Below, piece after piece: positions 11,901 to 20,002 of a stretch of 59,630 nucleotides of DNA (positions within the stretch are counted from its first letter, which is position 1; every line of letters starts with the position of its first letter). The stretch lies in UHGV virus genome UHGV-1287413; one strand, written 5' to 3'. The position numbers and the translations under genes are program-made. Source of the stretch: a virus. The notes below the pieces were generated by a model, which was not told the origin of the DNA, did not search any database, and saw only the letters and a list, made by a program, of their open reading frames with translations.

Positions 11901-13292
11901 GTTGGTCCCGGTCTGGCGGTTCTGCGCGACGTTAGCCACCAATTGCGTGCCGCCTTCTTCCACACCTTCGACGGCCAGCTCACGGCCAAACGTAGGCAGC
12001 TGACGGGCGGCAGTGCGCAACAGCGTACTGGCGGCTTCCGGTCCTGCTTCGCGGCTGATAGCCGATGCGAGTGACTGGCCCAGGCCAGATTCAGCACCCA
12101 GGCCACCCGTCACTGTACCGACCACTGCGCCCAGGCCCGCAGCGTCGAACCCGGCGCGGAGTGCCAGCTCATCACGCGCCTGTGCAGGATTAAGTCCCTG
12201 GGCCAGCAACTGCTTGTATGAGTCGAGTGCTTCCAGCTTCTCTGCTGGCATCTGCTGCACTTGCTGGATAGCAGACGACATAGCATCCTGCGCGGACAGA
12301 AGACCACCAGACAGGCGAGCACCTGCCACTGCGCCAGGAGCGCCACCAGTCAGGCCGCCGATGGTAGTGGTCGCGATAGCAGCGCCTGCGTTCGGTAGCT
12401 GTTCCGTAGCCAGCTGAAGCGCGTTCGATGGGTGCGCCAGGGCGTTGAGCATCGTACCGCCGAAGCCGCCGTAGTTCCCAATGTCTTCCTGCAACTCGCG
12501 GTCACGGTCAATATGTCCAATGGACTGCTGGTTGCGGATAGCGTCGATATCTTTCTGTGTCTCTGCTGCCTGCTTCATCTGCTCGTTACGGGAGCCAGTC
12601 AGCTCGGCAATCTGCGCCTCGACTTCTGCACGCTGTTCCGGCGTGAACTTCTGGATGAATGGCGTACCGTCACTATTCATCTGCGGGACACCGCCCAGCA
12701 CCAGTGGCTTGCCATCCATCGCCAGCATGTTACGCAGGTTTTCGATGCGAGCCTGGTCTACTACCGCAGGAGCGTAGTCACCGATGCCCTGCGCAGTCTG
12801 GAGCGCATTAGCCTTCACACCCTGCCAGGTGTCGGACAGACGGCTGGAGTCGTCGATAGATTTCTCCAGGTTCTTAATGTCCGCGTTCAGCGTCTCCGCA
12901 GGCAGGATACTCAACGCTTCCTGCAAATCGCTGTCCTGGATGGAGCGGAGCATTGGGTCCCATTTCTGCTCTTTCCATTTGCTGTACAGGTCACGGCGAC
13001 GGTCAAGCGATGCGCCCGCCCACTCCGGTGACTGCTGCATCTGGAGCAGTTGCTGCCGCACACTCTCTACCTGACGTTGGCGGTCCGCTTCAGCCTGTGC
13101 TTTGAGTTGCTTTTGGGTAGGCTGCTTCGGCGTCATCGCCCGGTTGATGATGCGCTGCGACACGGACGTAGATGCGGAAAGGCCACCCGTCGATGGAGTG
13201 GCCGTTTTTGGTGTGGCAAACAGGTCGTCAATCGGGGCGGCACTACCGCCCGTGAAGTCTGCTGGCCCGAAAAGGTTAGGAGCTTTCGCCAT
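5913..13292 (-). CDS. giant virion protein of about 2,460 aa; candidate DNA-ejection or cell-envelope-penetration protein with an L,D-transpeptidase-like (YkuD-like) motif
   Basis: Single uninterrupted ORF. Gly-rich N-terminal region, hydrophobic segments near the C-terminal third, internal motif AIHRVL...(26 aa)...ISLGCINIP resembling His...S-x-G-C-I-(R/N) of L,D-transpeptidases. No RNA polymerase motifs seen. The track start is a TTG at 13310; the first ATG (MAKAPN) is at 13292. Confidence 0.55.
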   Translation of the reverse strand: MAKAPNLFGPADFTGGSAAPIDDLFATPKTATPSTGGLSASTSVSQRIINRAMTPKQPTQKQLKAQAEADRQRQVESVRQQLLQMQQSPEWAGASLDRRRDLYSKWKEQKWDPMLRSIQDSDLQEALSILPAETLNADIKNLEKSIDDSSRLSDTWQGVKANALQTAQGIGDYAPAVVDQARIENLRNMLAMDGKPLVLGGVPQMNSDGTPFIQKFTPEQRAEVEAQIAELTGSRNEQMKQAAETQKDIDAIRNQQSIGHIDRDRELQEDIGNYGGFGGTMLNALAHPSNALQLATEQLPNAGAAIATTTIGGLTGGAPGAVAGARLSGGLLSAQDAMSSAIQQVQQMPAEKLEALDSYKQLLAQGLNPAQARDELALRAGFDAAGLGAVVGTVTGGLGAESGLGQSLASAISREAGPEAASTLLRTAARQLPTFGRELAVEGVEEGGTQLVANVAQNRQTGTNIDILDNVGESAAQGIIASGPISGVTAARETYRATRQPASPTDAGGDSGVSGAPNADPNTAPQPATGGIDNEGTIAVPDATEAAAAQQPSATQEASTESQPTDTSAPTSALAQLRPVFQDINSRAGQAFEATEANAFIDQLIAAEDNGAPRNVIESALTNITRVVPPGLGYTSILDGYNQRRAARGEAAVDEMASAIVTNEEVNNGTTEPVTEADSGSAATVADVNSAMETVTAASEPAATTVPEAAQSVSAEPEVAGVSRTEGDSAAENGSATSTAETVGAIDRAITTDSRPDNQPVPDTSAAVSVSERVEPGETRPGPADGRSTDSAAVSEAGRNTRVGDTVTYSAPFRGAQPVTGQVTQINPDGTFNLAVRGENATTTYANLPLSNIRQEPSSDSSIDNADALARMNQAVADGRMTAEQAERLTQNATRESARTNDRSAAGDYITERLNRLDGILPERPQDSSTITPGGRDMPALRGTAYEALGSKDPALFQAASELTQALVNNDPVAADNAAQILEQAGFNRASPIYQAQPVANHEQEQLGVTSAPGPADAAIIRDAEANTTPSGYNTENLAARADRLAESDSEHAFTGMELSQALEDGDFVKADELAQYLFEQGLRQFRPPQQGTGRAARTIDDVFLNELEPAERLALQREYADMADTLPPEADSFAAFRDTAVQDQLLMNAGEAPNSDIMLRMSKFGRAIIQKLARALAIVLAAITINNMVPVNDAVAATGQGYVQTVQQVQGLSRPASAVNSWVQQSKDNAGRPYIIADKQSGEIHIVGADGQVKATAPALYGRKMGDGMTIGETPAGIFTIHQEAAPASYGGDLQQFATAPDGDVYAIHRVLTNNKQDRPGRLASPTAEDNRISLGCINIPADLYNKYLSGKFDGKLYVLPDQRSLGDVFKGIDEQRAQQNLKPSEQMPEKFDSPDATQYQSSTSTIAPGDFHDTGSNVMDTGAAVTEEAQNGDMSTATAFTAAQGNDPADSGIVYAAALPFLAFGRNQRRAQKGKKNQSPDQTLDPNATPRSVSDKDYHSVDAVLGKQQSAVNDQPAHNASRLGDWTGKLAQKLSDSQHAFISWMDDTGLVPTNGEHDAHAAIYALKSQNNRMRQRNEALTQQYMVPIFNHIVSVAQRLGRSPDQVGLEMGSWQTFRHIPEANRALRQNLENDLNNIILTGTEAEVQAAQTKLATFDQVQNGQADIGELRKVGVGGLAGGLTDAQARAGIQKVEALGYRPEDLAEFRRLTRATVDGLVQERVRNGTLLQEEVDQWNAHGFTDYVPLYVNHERQDAGNDVYLGTSNFNPAGDYTRNGSVTRASHAMITLQQMLYRTAAGIESMPFKEQLHAMYLNDRPAGLQRVNLADARMNPRSDVFNQEIYDKRGFTYTVRGVDENQQPTITRYKYYFDDDAISQGIFDNHAEPDWKVVKLLSGATAGFGRLLTKYNPLFPVKTWWRDAGERRRTLSIRKITDADGNVIPMRKVYTAMMASLYNPVHVANLGAYLMTGGRADTPTVRAYQELQRLGGVSTYQHALAKSVTDMRSTLKSMTGLRKHAKSLDRFFTHWNEMWAAAPAVAGYMALRNMDVPADQAAFRTLDVMNASNKGEWHGTLSVFYPFIAPTFEGGRNMLRNLRSRRGQAIFAANVVSSIALYSMLFSLASSMAGDDDDQGNLLDNMSMDDLSMNIPLIIGKNDIIKIPVAFGMSRASWMIGAGLHRLSRGVDTPGKVMGSTTLAILRELQPIELETKVMSDNIMAGLTLSAAPAILSPMLEVAMNTNHFGGMIHSKAAREGFASDAAMSNTPQVWTDIAKALRSTTGLDTYPENIRHLSQAWLVGPLRGVSTALEKSSLYTTGGKLTSRQEIGPVWDAVGVAQFWDNGSRGVSRTYWKYQEQADDILRKYGQLRTKEGTKPGDAATAAYRRVLVAGGSPQEALLVQYAIEADKAREKANRELKASVKDYKQKDLSLELLSPKYEQHVEKEERMMREFIRRARGLK

Positions 13293-13296
13293 AACA

Positions 13297-14007
13297 TTAT
13301 GCCCTATCAATCAATTCCAGTAGCTGGTTGTCCAGGTCAGATGGGTACGCTTCGAACAGTGGGGCGTCGGTCACCAGTGAGTTCCGTGCTTCGGTGATTC
13401 TGGCTAGAGCGCTGGTCAACATAGACTGCGTTGCGTTGTCGTGCCCTGCCATGTCGAACGCCATCATGCTTTCGCGTTCCCCGGCTGTCTCCGGTACGGC
13501 GACCATTTGCTGGCCATCCTTGTAGACAGTCTGTGTTGGCATAGTACCACCACCTAGTAGCTCATTCATAGTTCTTTTCGGCTGCGCGTAGGGTGAGCTG
13601 GGCAGGCTCGCCCAGGTAGAGCCGAGCTTATTAATCGCGCCCTGGAAGTCTCCGGTCAGTACGTTGTCCAGAGCGCCGCCACGGCGGATAAGCTCGATAG
13701 CTGCCTTGTCCTGGTTAGCCGGGCTGAAGTCCTTCAGGTCGAGCGACTTCGCCACATCGTCCCATGTGCTTCCGAGGAACTGATACGCGCCAGCTGCGGT
13801 AGTCACATTGCTGCGGCCATCGGTCTGTCGGAACATCTTGCGCTGGCGCGGGTGGTCGCTATAGCTGGAGAACAGGTTACCGCCAAAGCCTACGTTGTAC
13901 CCGTTATCACCCTTGCCAGCCGTGCCCTCGGATTGCTTGAGCAGGCCCAGGAACTCCTGCACCTGCGGGTTTGTCCGCAGGGCATCGTAGTTAACTTTGT
14001 CGGCCAT
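13297..14007 (-). CDS. lambda R-like lytic transglycosylase (GH104) with a C-terminal extension; probably virion-associated
   Basis: SEGTAGKGDNGYNVGFGGNLFSSYSDHPRQ...AAGAYQFLGSTW...LDLKDFSPANQDKAAIELIRRGGAL...WASLPSSPY aligns motif by motif with phage lambda R (SEGTDNG...GGELFTDYSDHPRK...GAGRYQLLSRWW...LGLKDFSPKSQD...WASLPGAGY). Confidence 0.85.
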   Translation of the reverse strand: MADKVNYDALRTNPQVQEFLGLLKQSEGTAGKGDNGYNVGFGGNLFSSYSDHPRQRKMFRQTDGRSNVTTAAGAYQFLGSTWDDVAKSLDLKDFSPANQDKAAIELIRRGGALDNVLTGDFQGAINKLGSTWASLPSSPYAQPKRTMNELLGGGTMPTQTVYKDGQQMVAVPETAGERESMMAFDMAGHDNATQSMLTSALARITEARNSLVTDAPLFEAYPSDLDNQLLELIDRA

Positions 14008-14873
14008 TACTTCAGACCCCCGAAGCTAAAGGTGGTGTTGGTGGTCGTGGTAGTGCTGGTGGGCGAGACATAGCGCTTCTGCCCGTTCTCCACTACGAAC
14101 ACGCCGTTGTTGTCGCGGCCAGCATTGACCTGTGCGCCACCGATGTTCAGCTGGACGGTCCGGCCTGGTGGCAGCTGCGCAGCCAGAGAGTAAACCTGGG
14201 AGTCCATGTTGCCCGTAGGCACGCCGGATGCTGTAGCTGGTGCTCCTGCTGTCGCTGCCGGAACTGCTGGCGTCTGCGGGAACAAGACCTGCGGGTTCTG
14301 CTGGAGTTGATCATTGACCACCTGCTGTAGCTGAAGGTTCCCACGCTGCACGTTCTGCTGGATAGGCAGCAAGTCTGCATTGTTCTGGATGACCTGACCC
14401 TGAAGGTTAGCTGCCGCCACGTTGTTGTTCGCTGTCGCGGTACGGAACTGCGGCGCAGTGGCGATAGCTGCGTTCCCCTGGGCGGCACGGTCAACGGACT
14501 GCCCGTAGGTGAACAGCGCGTTGTTGCCCGCCATAGGAGCCACGTATGGCTGCGTAGCGTCACGCAGTGCCTGCTGGTAATCCGATGCCATCGTGGCCTG
14601 CGCCAGAGCGCCAGGCTGTCCCGCACGCGCAATCTCCGTGTTCAGGTCAGAACCCGTCGCACTGTTCTGGTCGATGCGGCCACGCGCATTGGACGACGAC
14701 AGGCGGTCACCGTAGGTGTCTTCAGCGAACCAGTTGTTCAGCTGGCGGGCGTCGTTGTTCAGCCAGCCCTGCTCTACCTGGTTCGACTGATTGAGGTCAT
14801 TCCAGTTGCGGTCAATCGCCATCTCCCGGCCTTTGACATACGGCGAGAATAAATCCATTGGTACGAAAATCAT
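14007..14873 (-). CDS. Gln/Asn/Ala-rich virion protein (hypothetical)
   Basis: 288 aa, low-complexity Q/N-rich core, Thr-rich C-terminus; lies in the structural operon. Confidence 0.4.
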   Translation of the reverse strand: MIFVPMDLFSPYVKGREMAIDRNWNDLNQSNQVEQGWLNNDARQLNNWFAEDTYGDRLSSSNARGRIDQNSATGSDLNTEIARAGQPGALAQATMASDYQQALRDATQPYVAPMAGNNALFTYGQSVDRAAQGNAAIATAPQFRTATANNNVAAANLQGQVIQNNADLLPIQQNVQRGNLQLQQVVNDQLQQNPQVLFPQTPAVPAATAGAPATASGVPTGNMDSQVYSLAAQLPPGRTVQLNIGGAQVNAGRDNNGVFVVENGQKRYVSPTSTTTTTNTTFSFGGLK

Positions 14874-14874
14874 A

Positions 14875-15858
14875 TTAGCCCCCTGACGATGACGGCTGCT
14901 GCGAGCCGACTACGCTAGTAATTGAGTTGTTGCTGGTGTACGGCGTGAACGGGTTACCGTAGCCCTCCACCTGAGTGTTAATCCGCATCGGGTCTGGATT
15001 GATGAACCCGTACTCCCCGTTCTCCGGCTGCGCTCCGATGAACGCACCACCCAGGTATTGGTTGGCCGGACGTTGCAGCGGCTGACGTTGTGGGTAGATT
15101 GTATCATTACGATTCATAAAATACCCAATCGCTGACATGGCACCTTCAGCTGCCTGGCCAATCTTGTTACCCACATCACCGTATGCGTTAGCAGCTGCTT
15201 CAGCATAGCGTGCGGCAGTTGACTGGAGGTCACGCCCACGGTTGAGCGCCTGCTGCCTGCGCGTCCAGCGCACATCGTCCTTCGCATCCTTCCGGTGTTC
15301 TTCGTAGCGGTACGCGAAGTTCCCTGTATCGCCTGCGGCCAGGCTGGTCATGAGCGACATGTCCTGCGCCAGCGACGGGTCCGGGCACACACAGTACAGC
15401 GCATTCAGCACGTCGATGCGGCTGCGGGCCTGGGCGAAGTTGCGCTCCACTTCGTTCATCCAGGTCTGCGCGGAGGCATCGTACCGGGCGGTGTACTCCG
15501 GCGTGTTGCACGCCTCGTTCATCTCCCGGCGCTCGCACGGCATGTACTTGTTCTTGAATCGGTCCCACTTCTGCTGCGCCATCTTGTAATAGGAGCGGGC
15601 GATATCGTACTGCTTGTTGGCGATCTTAATCGCGGCGAGCGTATTGATGGTGGCCACAGCTGTAGCCGCCAGGCTTGACCACTGCGCGTTACCCTCAACG
15701 CCGCTGTCGGTCACCTTCGGGTTCGGGTAGAAACCAGAGCTGTCATCGTCAGCATACTTCGACTTCATGCCCAGGAAGGTCTTCACGTTCTCGGTGTTGA
15801 CCGTGTTCGTGGTTACCTTCCCGGTGCTCCAGTTGCCCATTGAACATGCACATGCCAT
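14875..15858 (-). CDS. hypothetical virion protein; paralog of 15862-16626
   Basis: Shares KQYDIARSYYKMAQQKWD...YMPCE and DDVRWTRRQQALNRGRD blocks with the neighbouring gene. Confidence 0.5.
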   Translation of the reverse strand: MACACSMGNWSTGKVTTNTVNTENVKTFLGMKSKYADDDSSGFYPNPKVTDSGVEGNAQWSSLAATAVATINTLAAIKIANKQYDIARSYYKMAQQKWDRFKNKYMPCERREMNEACNTPEYTARYDASAQTWMNEVERNFAQARSRIDVLNALYCVCPDPSLAQDMSLMTSLAAGDTGNFAYRYEEHRKDAKDDVRWTRRQQALNRGRDLQSTAARYAEAAANAYGDVGNKIGQAAEGAMSAIGYFMNRNDTIYPQRQPLQRPANQYLGGAFIGAQPENGEYGFINPDPMRINTQVEGYGNPFTPYTSNNSITSVVGSQQPSSSGG

Positions 15859-15861
15859 ACG

Positions 15862-16626
15862 TTACCCCCTGATACGGCGTTTAGGACGCGGAGTCTCTGG
15901 CTGGATAGTTTGAATCTCCGGCTGCGGGAGCGGGTAAGATTCGCCAAGCGGTGCCTGCTGCGTCGGGCGAGATAGCGGAGTACGGTTCGGATAGACAGTA
16001 TCGTTCCTCGCGCTCGCATAGCCCAGGTAGCCGATAGCGCCTGCTGCACCCTTCGCTGCCTGGTCGCCCAGCCTGCCAAACAGGCCGTATGCGAAGCCTG
16101 CGAAGTTCACAGCTTGCGCCATCATGTCACGCCCACGAGCCAGCGCCTGTGCGCGGCGTGCCCAGCGCAGGTCATCCTTCGCATCCGCGTACTGTTCTTC
16201 GTACCGACGCCCCAGGTTACCTGCCGCCGACAACGCCTGCGCCTCGGCCATCACCGCGTCTTTGATGAGCGCGGCCTTCTTCCCGGTGCAGTAACGGCTC
16301 AGACACTCCAGCGCTTTCTGTGGCTGGCGAGCCAGGTCGTGGCGCACAGAGTTTTTGTAGCGGCCAACCTGCACGTCAGTATGCTGCTCATACAGGGCGG
16401 CACTACAGGCTTCTTCCAGCTCGGCATCTTCGCAAGGCACATACACATCGTAGTAATACTGGTTCTGTTCCTGCGCGATTTTGAGGTAGTTCTTAGCCAG
16501 CTTCTCCTGCTTCTCTGCCATCTCGATAGCAGCTGCCGTGTTGATTACCGCAACGGCAACCGCCGCCAGCCTGGCAAGGTTAGCGGCGGTGACTACTCCA
16601 TCATCGGTGATACCCAATACAGCCAT
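15862..16626 (-). CDS. hypothetical virion protein; paralog of 14875-15858
   Basis: KQEKLAKNYLKIAQEQNQYYYDVYVPCE and DDLRWARRAQALARGRD blocks; start codon sits inside gaaggtATAATATTATGGCT. Confidence 0.5.
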   Translation of the reverse strand: MAVLGITDDGVVTAANLARLAAVAVAVINTAAAIEMAEKQEKLAKNYLKIAQEQNQYYYDVYVPCEDAELEEACSAALYEQHTDVQVGRYKNSVRHDLARQPQKALECLSRYCTGKKAALIKDAVMAEAQALSAAGNLGRRYEEQYADAKDDLRWARRAQALARGRDMMAQAVNFAGFAYGLFGRLGDQAAKGAAGAIGYLGYASARNDTVYPNRTPLSRPTQQAPLGESYPLPQPEIQTIQPETPRPKRRIRG

Positions 16627-16630
16627 AATA

Positions 16631-17083
16631 TTATACCTTCAGTCTGCACATCTGGTATTGGTCCGAGCTGTCGAGTGGGACGTTGGCCGGGATGCGCTGG
16701 CCACTATGCTGGGCCACATGCACCTGGTCCACGCCGAGCACTGGCAACACTGACACCAGATAGTCGAACATGGATTGCTCCGCCCCAAGCGTCTGCGAGT
16801 ACCAGCGCTCGACGGTCACTGCGGTCACCATCATGAACAGCGGACGGAAGATATACAGTGGCATGAAGCCCACCGCCTTGTCGCCGTCATACGCCATGAT
16901 GAGCGCCACGCCACGCTGCTCCCACGCTGCCATGAAGGCCGGAACATCCAGCCCATGTGGCACGCCTGTACGCGCTGTCTCTTTGTCCCAATGCTCTGCC
17001 AGAAGTGGACCGAAGTCGTCGGTGAGGAACTTCGCCAGTTCCTCCGGGTCTTTCGGACACCACATCAGTTTGCACGCTGCCAT
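16631..17083 (-). CDS. hypothetical protein
   Basis: 150 aa ORF in the structural operon. Confidence 0.4.
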   Translation of the reverse strand: MAACKLMWCPKDPEELAKFLTDDFGPLLAEHWDKETARTGVPHGLDVPAFMAAWEQRGVALIMAYDGDKAVGFMPLYIFRPLFMMVTAVTVERWYSQTLGAEQSMFDYLVSVLPVLGVDQVHVAQHSGQRIPANVPLDSSDQYQMCRLKV

Positions 17084-17085
17084 CG

Positions 17086-18714
17086 TTATCTCCCGTTGCT
17101 TTCCTCTACCATCGTCTCGCCCATGCGGATGAATGTTACCTCACCTGTCCCGGCCAGACGGACGTAGTGTTTTCTGTTTCGTCCCAGGCGCTTTGTCCTG
17201 AATGCTCTGTTGCTGGAGATAGTGCGGGAGAACAGTGCTCCGTTCTCGCCCTCAATAGTAATCACCGTTGAGCCATCCACCTCCACCATTGCGGCGGGCC
17301 ACCAGTGGTGCGAGCCTACATAGATTGGGCATACCCATTCGTATGGCCTGTAGGTCGTCCCGGCATCCCACTGCGACACTATACCATCACTGCCTAGTAG
17401 AAGTAACGCACCTGAATCACTCAGTACCATATCCACCGGAGTGTCCGAGATGGTGGTCATGTCCGCGATGGATGCCTGCTCCTGGTAGGTGCGGCGGTCC
17501 ATGAGGAACATGAACGACACCTCGTCGGTCACGCAGATAATCCATCCGCGCCAGTACGCGAGGCGAGTCGTGTCGGGGCGGAGTACAGCCCAATCCCTTG
17601 CCGCCAGTACAGGGTCTGTAAGCACCGTAGGAGCCTCGCGGCTGTTGAGCAGTACCAACCCCTCGGCGGATGCGTAAACTAGGCCGAACGGCGTGATGGT
17701 GCGCGAATGCGCATAGCCGCAGCCGATATCCGCGAACGGGTAGTCCGACTTAACAACGGGGCGGCATGGCCTGTCGCCACAATCTGCGATGCCATCGACC
17801 ACGTATGGACGCCCGGTGGTGGTGATGTAGAGCTTCCCGTCATCCGCCGCCAGCCCAACAATGTTGTCGTCCAGCGTGACCTCCAGCTCCAGTGGCCAGT
17901 TCCACGGCTGGCCGTTCTTCGTGAAGTACAGCTTGTTACCGACGAACCCAACCAGCGTGGCCACGCCGTCGATGGCGGTGATCTGCTGGAGGTTCGCTGG
18001 TGGCTCGCGCACCTCCCTGGTGTTCAGCGCCCACTGAAGGTCCAGGTCTTTCTTGCGGTCCACGTACTGCCCCTGTGTCACAGGGACTTCATCGACCAGC
18101 AGGTAGTCGCTCGTGAACTCCTGCTCCTTCTCCGCGCCAGTTCGGAACCCGGTGGCCAGGCGATAGATACGCACCTTCTCCACATGGTACTCCGGCGACT
18201 GCGCCGCCCATCCAGATACGGTCACAGCCTGGCCATCGTTCACAGTCAGCGCCGAGCTGGGATACGACGGTGCGCTTTCTTCGCCCAGGTTGTTCACGTA
18301 GGTAAACACGTAGTACCGGATGGAGGACTCCACGGTTTTGTCCGGGACGGTGATGTACGACACGAGCGGCAGTGTGCTCGGCATCGGAACGCCCAGGCGC
18401 TGGTACTCAATGCCACAGTCGTTCAGCGACACAAGCCCCACCTCCGGGTAGTCCTCGCGCCCGGTGATATACAGACGCGGGCAGTCCGGCAACCAGCGGG
18501 CCACGCTAACGCAGGAGTCCCACCCGTATGCGCAGCAGCCGTACATCTCCAGTGTCATTGTGCCTGCGGGCAGCTGGCGGACAGGCAGTGGTTCCCGCCA
18601 CGAGTGCAGGGAACCATGAGACAGGTCAACGTTGTGCGCCCTGGTGGCGAGGCCGCGCCCCAGCACATGCTCTGGAGTACGCGGCGAGATACCACGGAAC
18701 GTGTCGATAATCAT
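17086..18714 (-). CDS. virion structural protein (tail, nozzle or adaptor candidate), 542 aa
   Basis: Large beta-rich protein in the structural operon downstream of the capsid genes; function not assignable from sequence alone. Confidence 0.45.
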   Translation of the reverse strand: MIIDTFRGISPRTPEHVLGRGLATRAHNVDLSHGSLHSWREPLPVRQLPAGTMTLEMYGCCAYGWDSCVSVARWLPDCPRLYITGREDYPEVGLVSLNDCGIEYQRLGVPMPSTLPLVSYITVPDKTVESSIRYYVFTYVNNLGEESAPSYPSSALTVNDGQAVTVSGWAAQSPEYHVEKVRIYRLATGFRTGAEKEQEFTSDYLLVDEVPVTQGQYVDRKKDLDLQWALNTREVREPPANLQQITAIDGVATLVGFVGNKLYFTKNGQPWNWPLELEVTLDDNIVGLAADDGKLYITTTGRPYVVDGIADCGDRPCRPVVKSDYPFADIGCGYAHSRTITPFGLVYASAEGLVLLNSREAPTVLTDPVLAARDWAVLRPDTTRLAYWRGWIICVTDEVSFMFLMDRRTYQEQASIADMTTISDTPVDMVLSDSGALLLLGSDGIVSQWDAGTTYRPYEWVCPIYVGSHHWWPAAMVEVDGSTVITIEGENGALFSRTISSNRAFRTKRLGRNRKHYVRLAGTGEVTFIRMGETMVEESNGR

Positions 18715-20000
18715 TATGCCCCCCTGCCCACAATCTGCGCACGCATGAAGCCATCACGCTGGGTGATGGTCGCTGTCGGCGCGTTGATAGTGATGGTGTG
18801 CTGGCCAGCGGCCACGGCGTTCATGGTCGTTGCGCGGATAGCCACGATAGCATTGCCACCCACACCATCGCTGGTGAAGACACCAACAACCTCAATGAGC
18901 GGGTCGGTCATCATAATCCCATCCACAGCGATGCTGTACCCACTAGGGAACGTCATGGCCATGCCAGGGTCCAGGTCAGTCCGTCCGAGCAGACCACGGT
19001 ACTCGACGTGCAGCGGGCCATCCAGTTCAGTCGTGAAGGTCATCTCGCGCTCAGTGTCCGCCGAACCTGCCTGCCCACGGAACGAGCCGACGAAGGTATC
19101 CGGGATGGCGGAGTTATCGACGTTGACTGGCTCAATGCGCGTGATAGAACCGTAGGCATTGACCGTAACATTATAGCTACCCAGCTGGTAAGTATCCTCG
19201 TCGATAGTAATATCACGGCGGATGTTAGTAACCTGCCCCTTCGAGTTCACTGTGTAGGTGTACCCGCCAGTGGTGTACTGCCCAGCTGTTACGTTCACAT
19301 CCTTCAGGTTGGCGGTGAGGATACCCGACTCCACCTTCAGCTCAATACCGTCGCCATCGTTGACGGCCTCGATAAGCCCGGTACGCGTGGCGTCGAACCC
19401 GATGACACGGCCATACATGTCAATCTCGTATGCACCATGCCACCCGGCATCCAGTGGGCCGTTGGCCAGGGAGATCGTGAACGGGTTCGCCATAGAACCA
19501 TCACCCTCGACACCAATAACCTGCGGCGAGCCAGACTTCACGAACACGCTGCCACCATCTACCTCTACTGAGAAGCGCAGCGGGTCGTTCGCAGTGCCGC
19601 ACCCGGTGATGGTCACGCCAGTCGAGTCACCAAAGTGAAGGCGGGCATCCAGCATCCCACTGGTAAATGTCAGGAGGTTGCAGGCAGCGGGATTTAGCGT
19701 AATGCTGGACGAGCCACCATCATCACACGGCGAGGCGGCAGGAGCACAGGGCGCTGGTGTGTACACAGGAATCTGCGCGTCCCGCGCATCCACGATACAG
19801 CCGTCCACTACATGCACCTGGCCATACCACCCATCCACGATGGTGGGTGTGCCCCTGACTTCGGGGCAGTTACCGGACCACACGAGTGAACGACCAAAGC
19901 CCAGGCACACATTGATGGGGTCACATGGTGTGCGGGATGGCTCCTGCACAACCTCGACACCACAGTGCTGGTTCTTTCTGGTAGTCCGACACTTATTCAT
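18714..20000 (-). CDS. virion structural protein, 428 aa, beta-rich and Ig-like in composition
   Basis: ATGA overlap with the downstream gene; Gly/Thr/Val-rich repetitive beta composition. Confidence 0.45.
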   Translation of the reverse strand: MNKCRTTRKNQHCGVEVVQEPSRTPCDPINVCLGFGRSLVWSGNCPEVRGTPTIVDGWYGQVHVVDGCIVDARDAQIPVYTPAPCAPAASPCDDGGSSSITLNPAACNLLTFTSGMLDARLHFGDSTGVTITGCGTANDPLRFSVEVDGGSVFVKSGSPQVIGVEGDGSMANPFTISLANGPLDAGWHGAYEIDMYGRVIGFDATRTGLIEAVNDGDGIELKVESGILTANLKDVNVTAGQYTTGGYTYTVNSKGQVTNIRRDITIDEDTYQLGSYNVTVNAYGSITRIEPVNVDNSAIPDTFVGSFRGQAGSADTEREMTFTTELDGPLHVEYRGLLGRTDLDPGMAMTFPSGYSIAVDGIMMTDPLIEVVGVFTSDGVGGNAIVAIRATTMNAVAAGQHTITINAPTATITQRDGFMRAQIVGRGA

Positions 20001-20002
20001 TC

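Noticed and set aside
5913-13292. Giant ORF as a virion RNA polymerase (N4-like) or as a siphovirus tape-measure protein
   Set aside because: No T7 or N4-type RNA polymerase motifs were seen. There is no adjacent major tail or tail-chaperone frameshift pair as expected for a tape measure. The lambda-R-like transglycosylase next door and the hydrophobic segments fit an ejection protein better. This remains uncertain.
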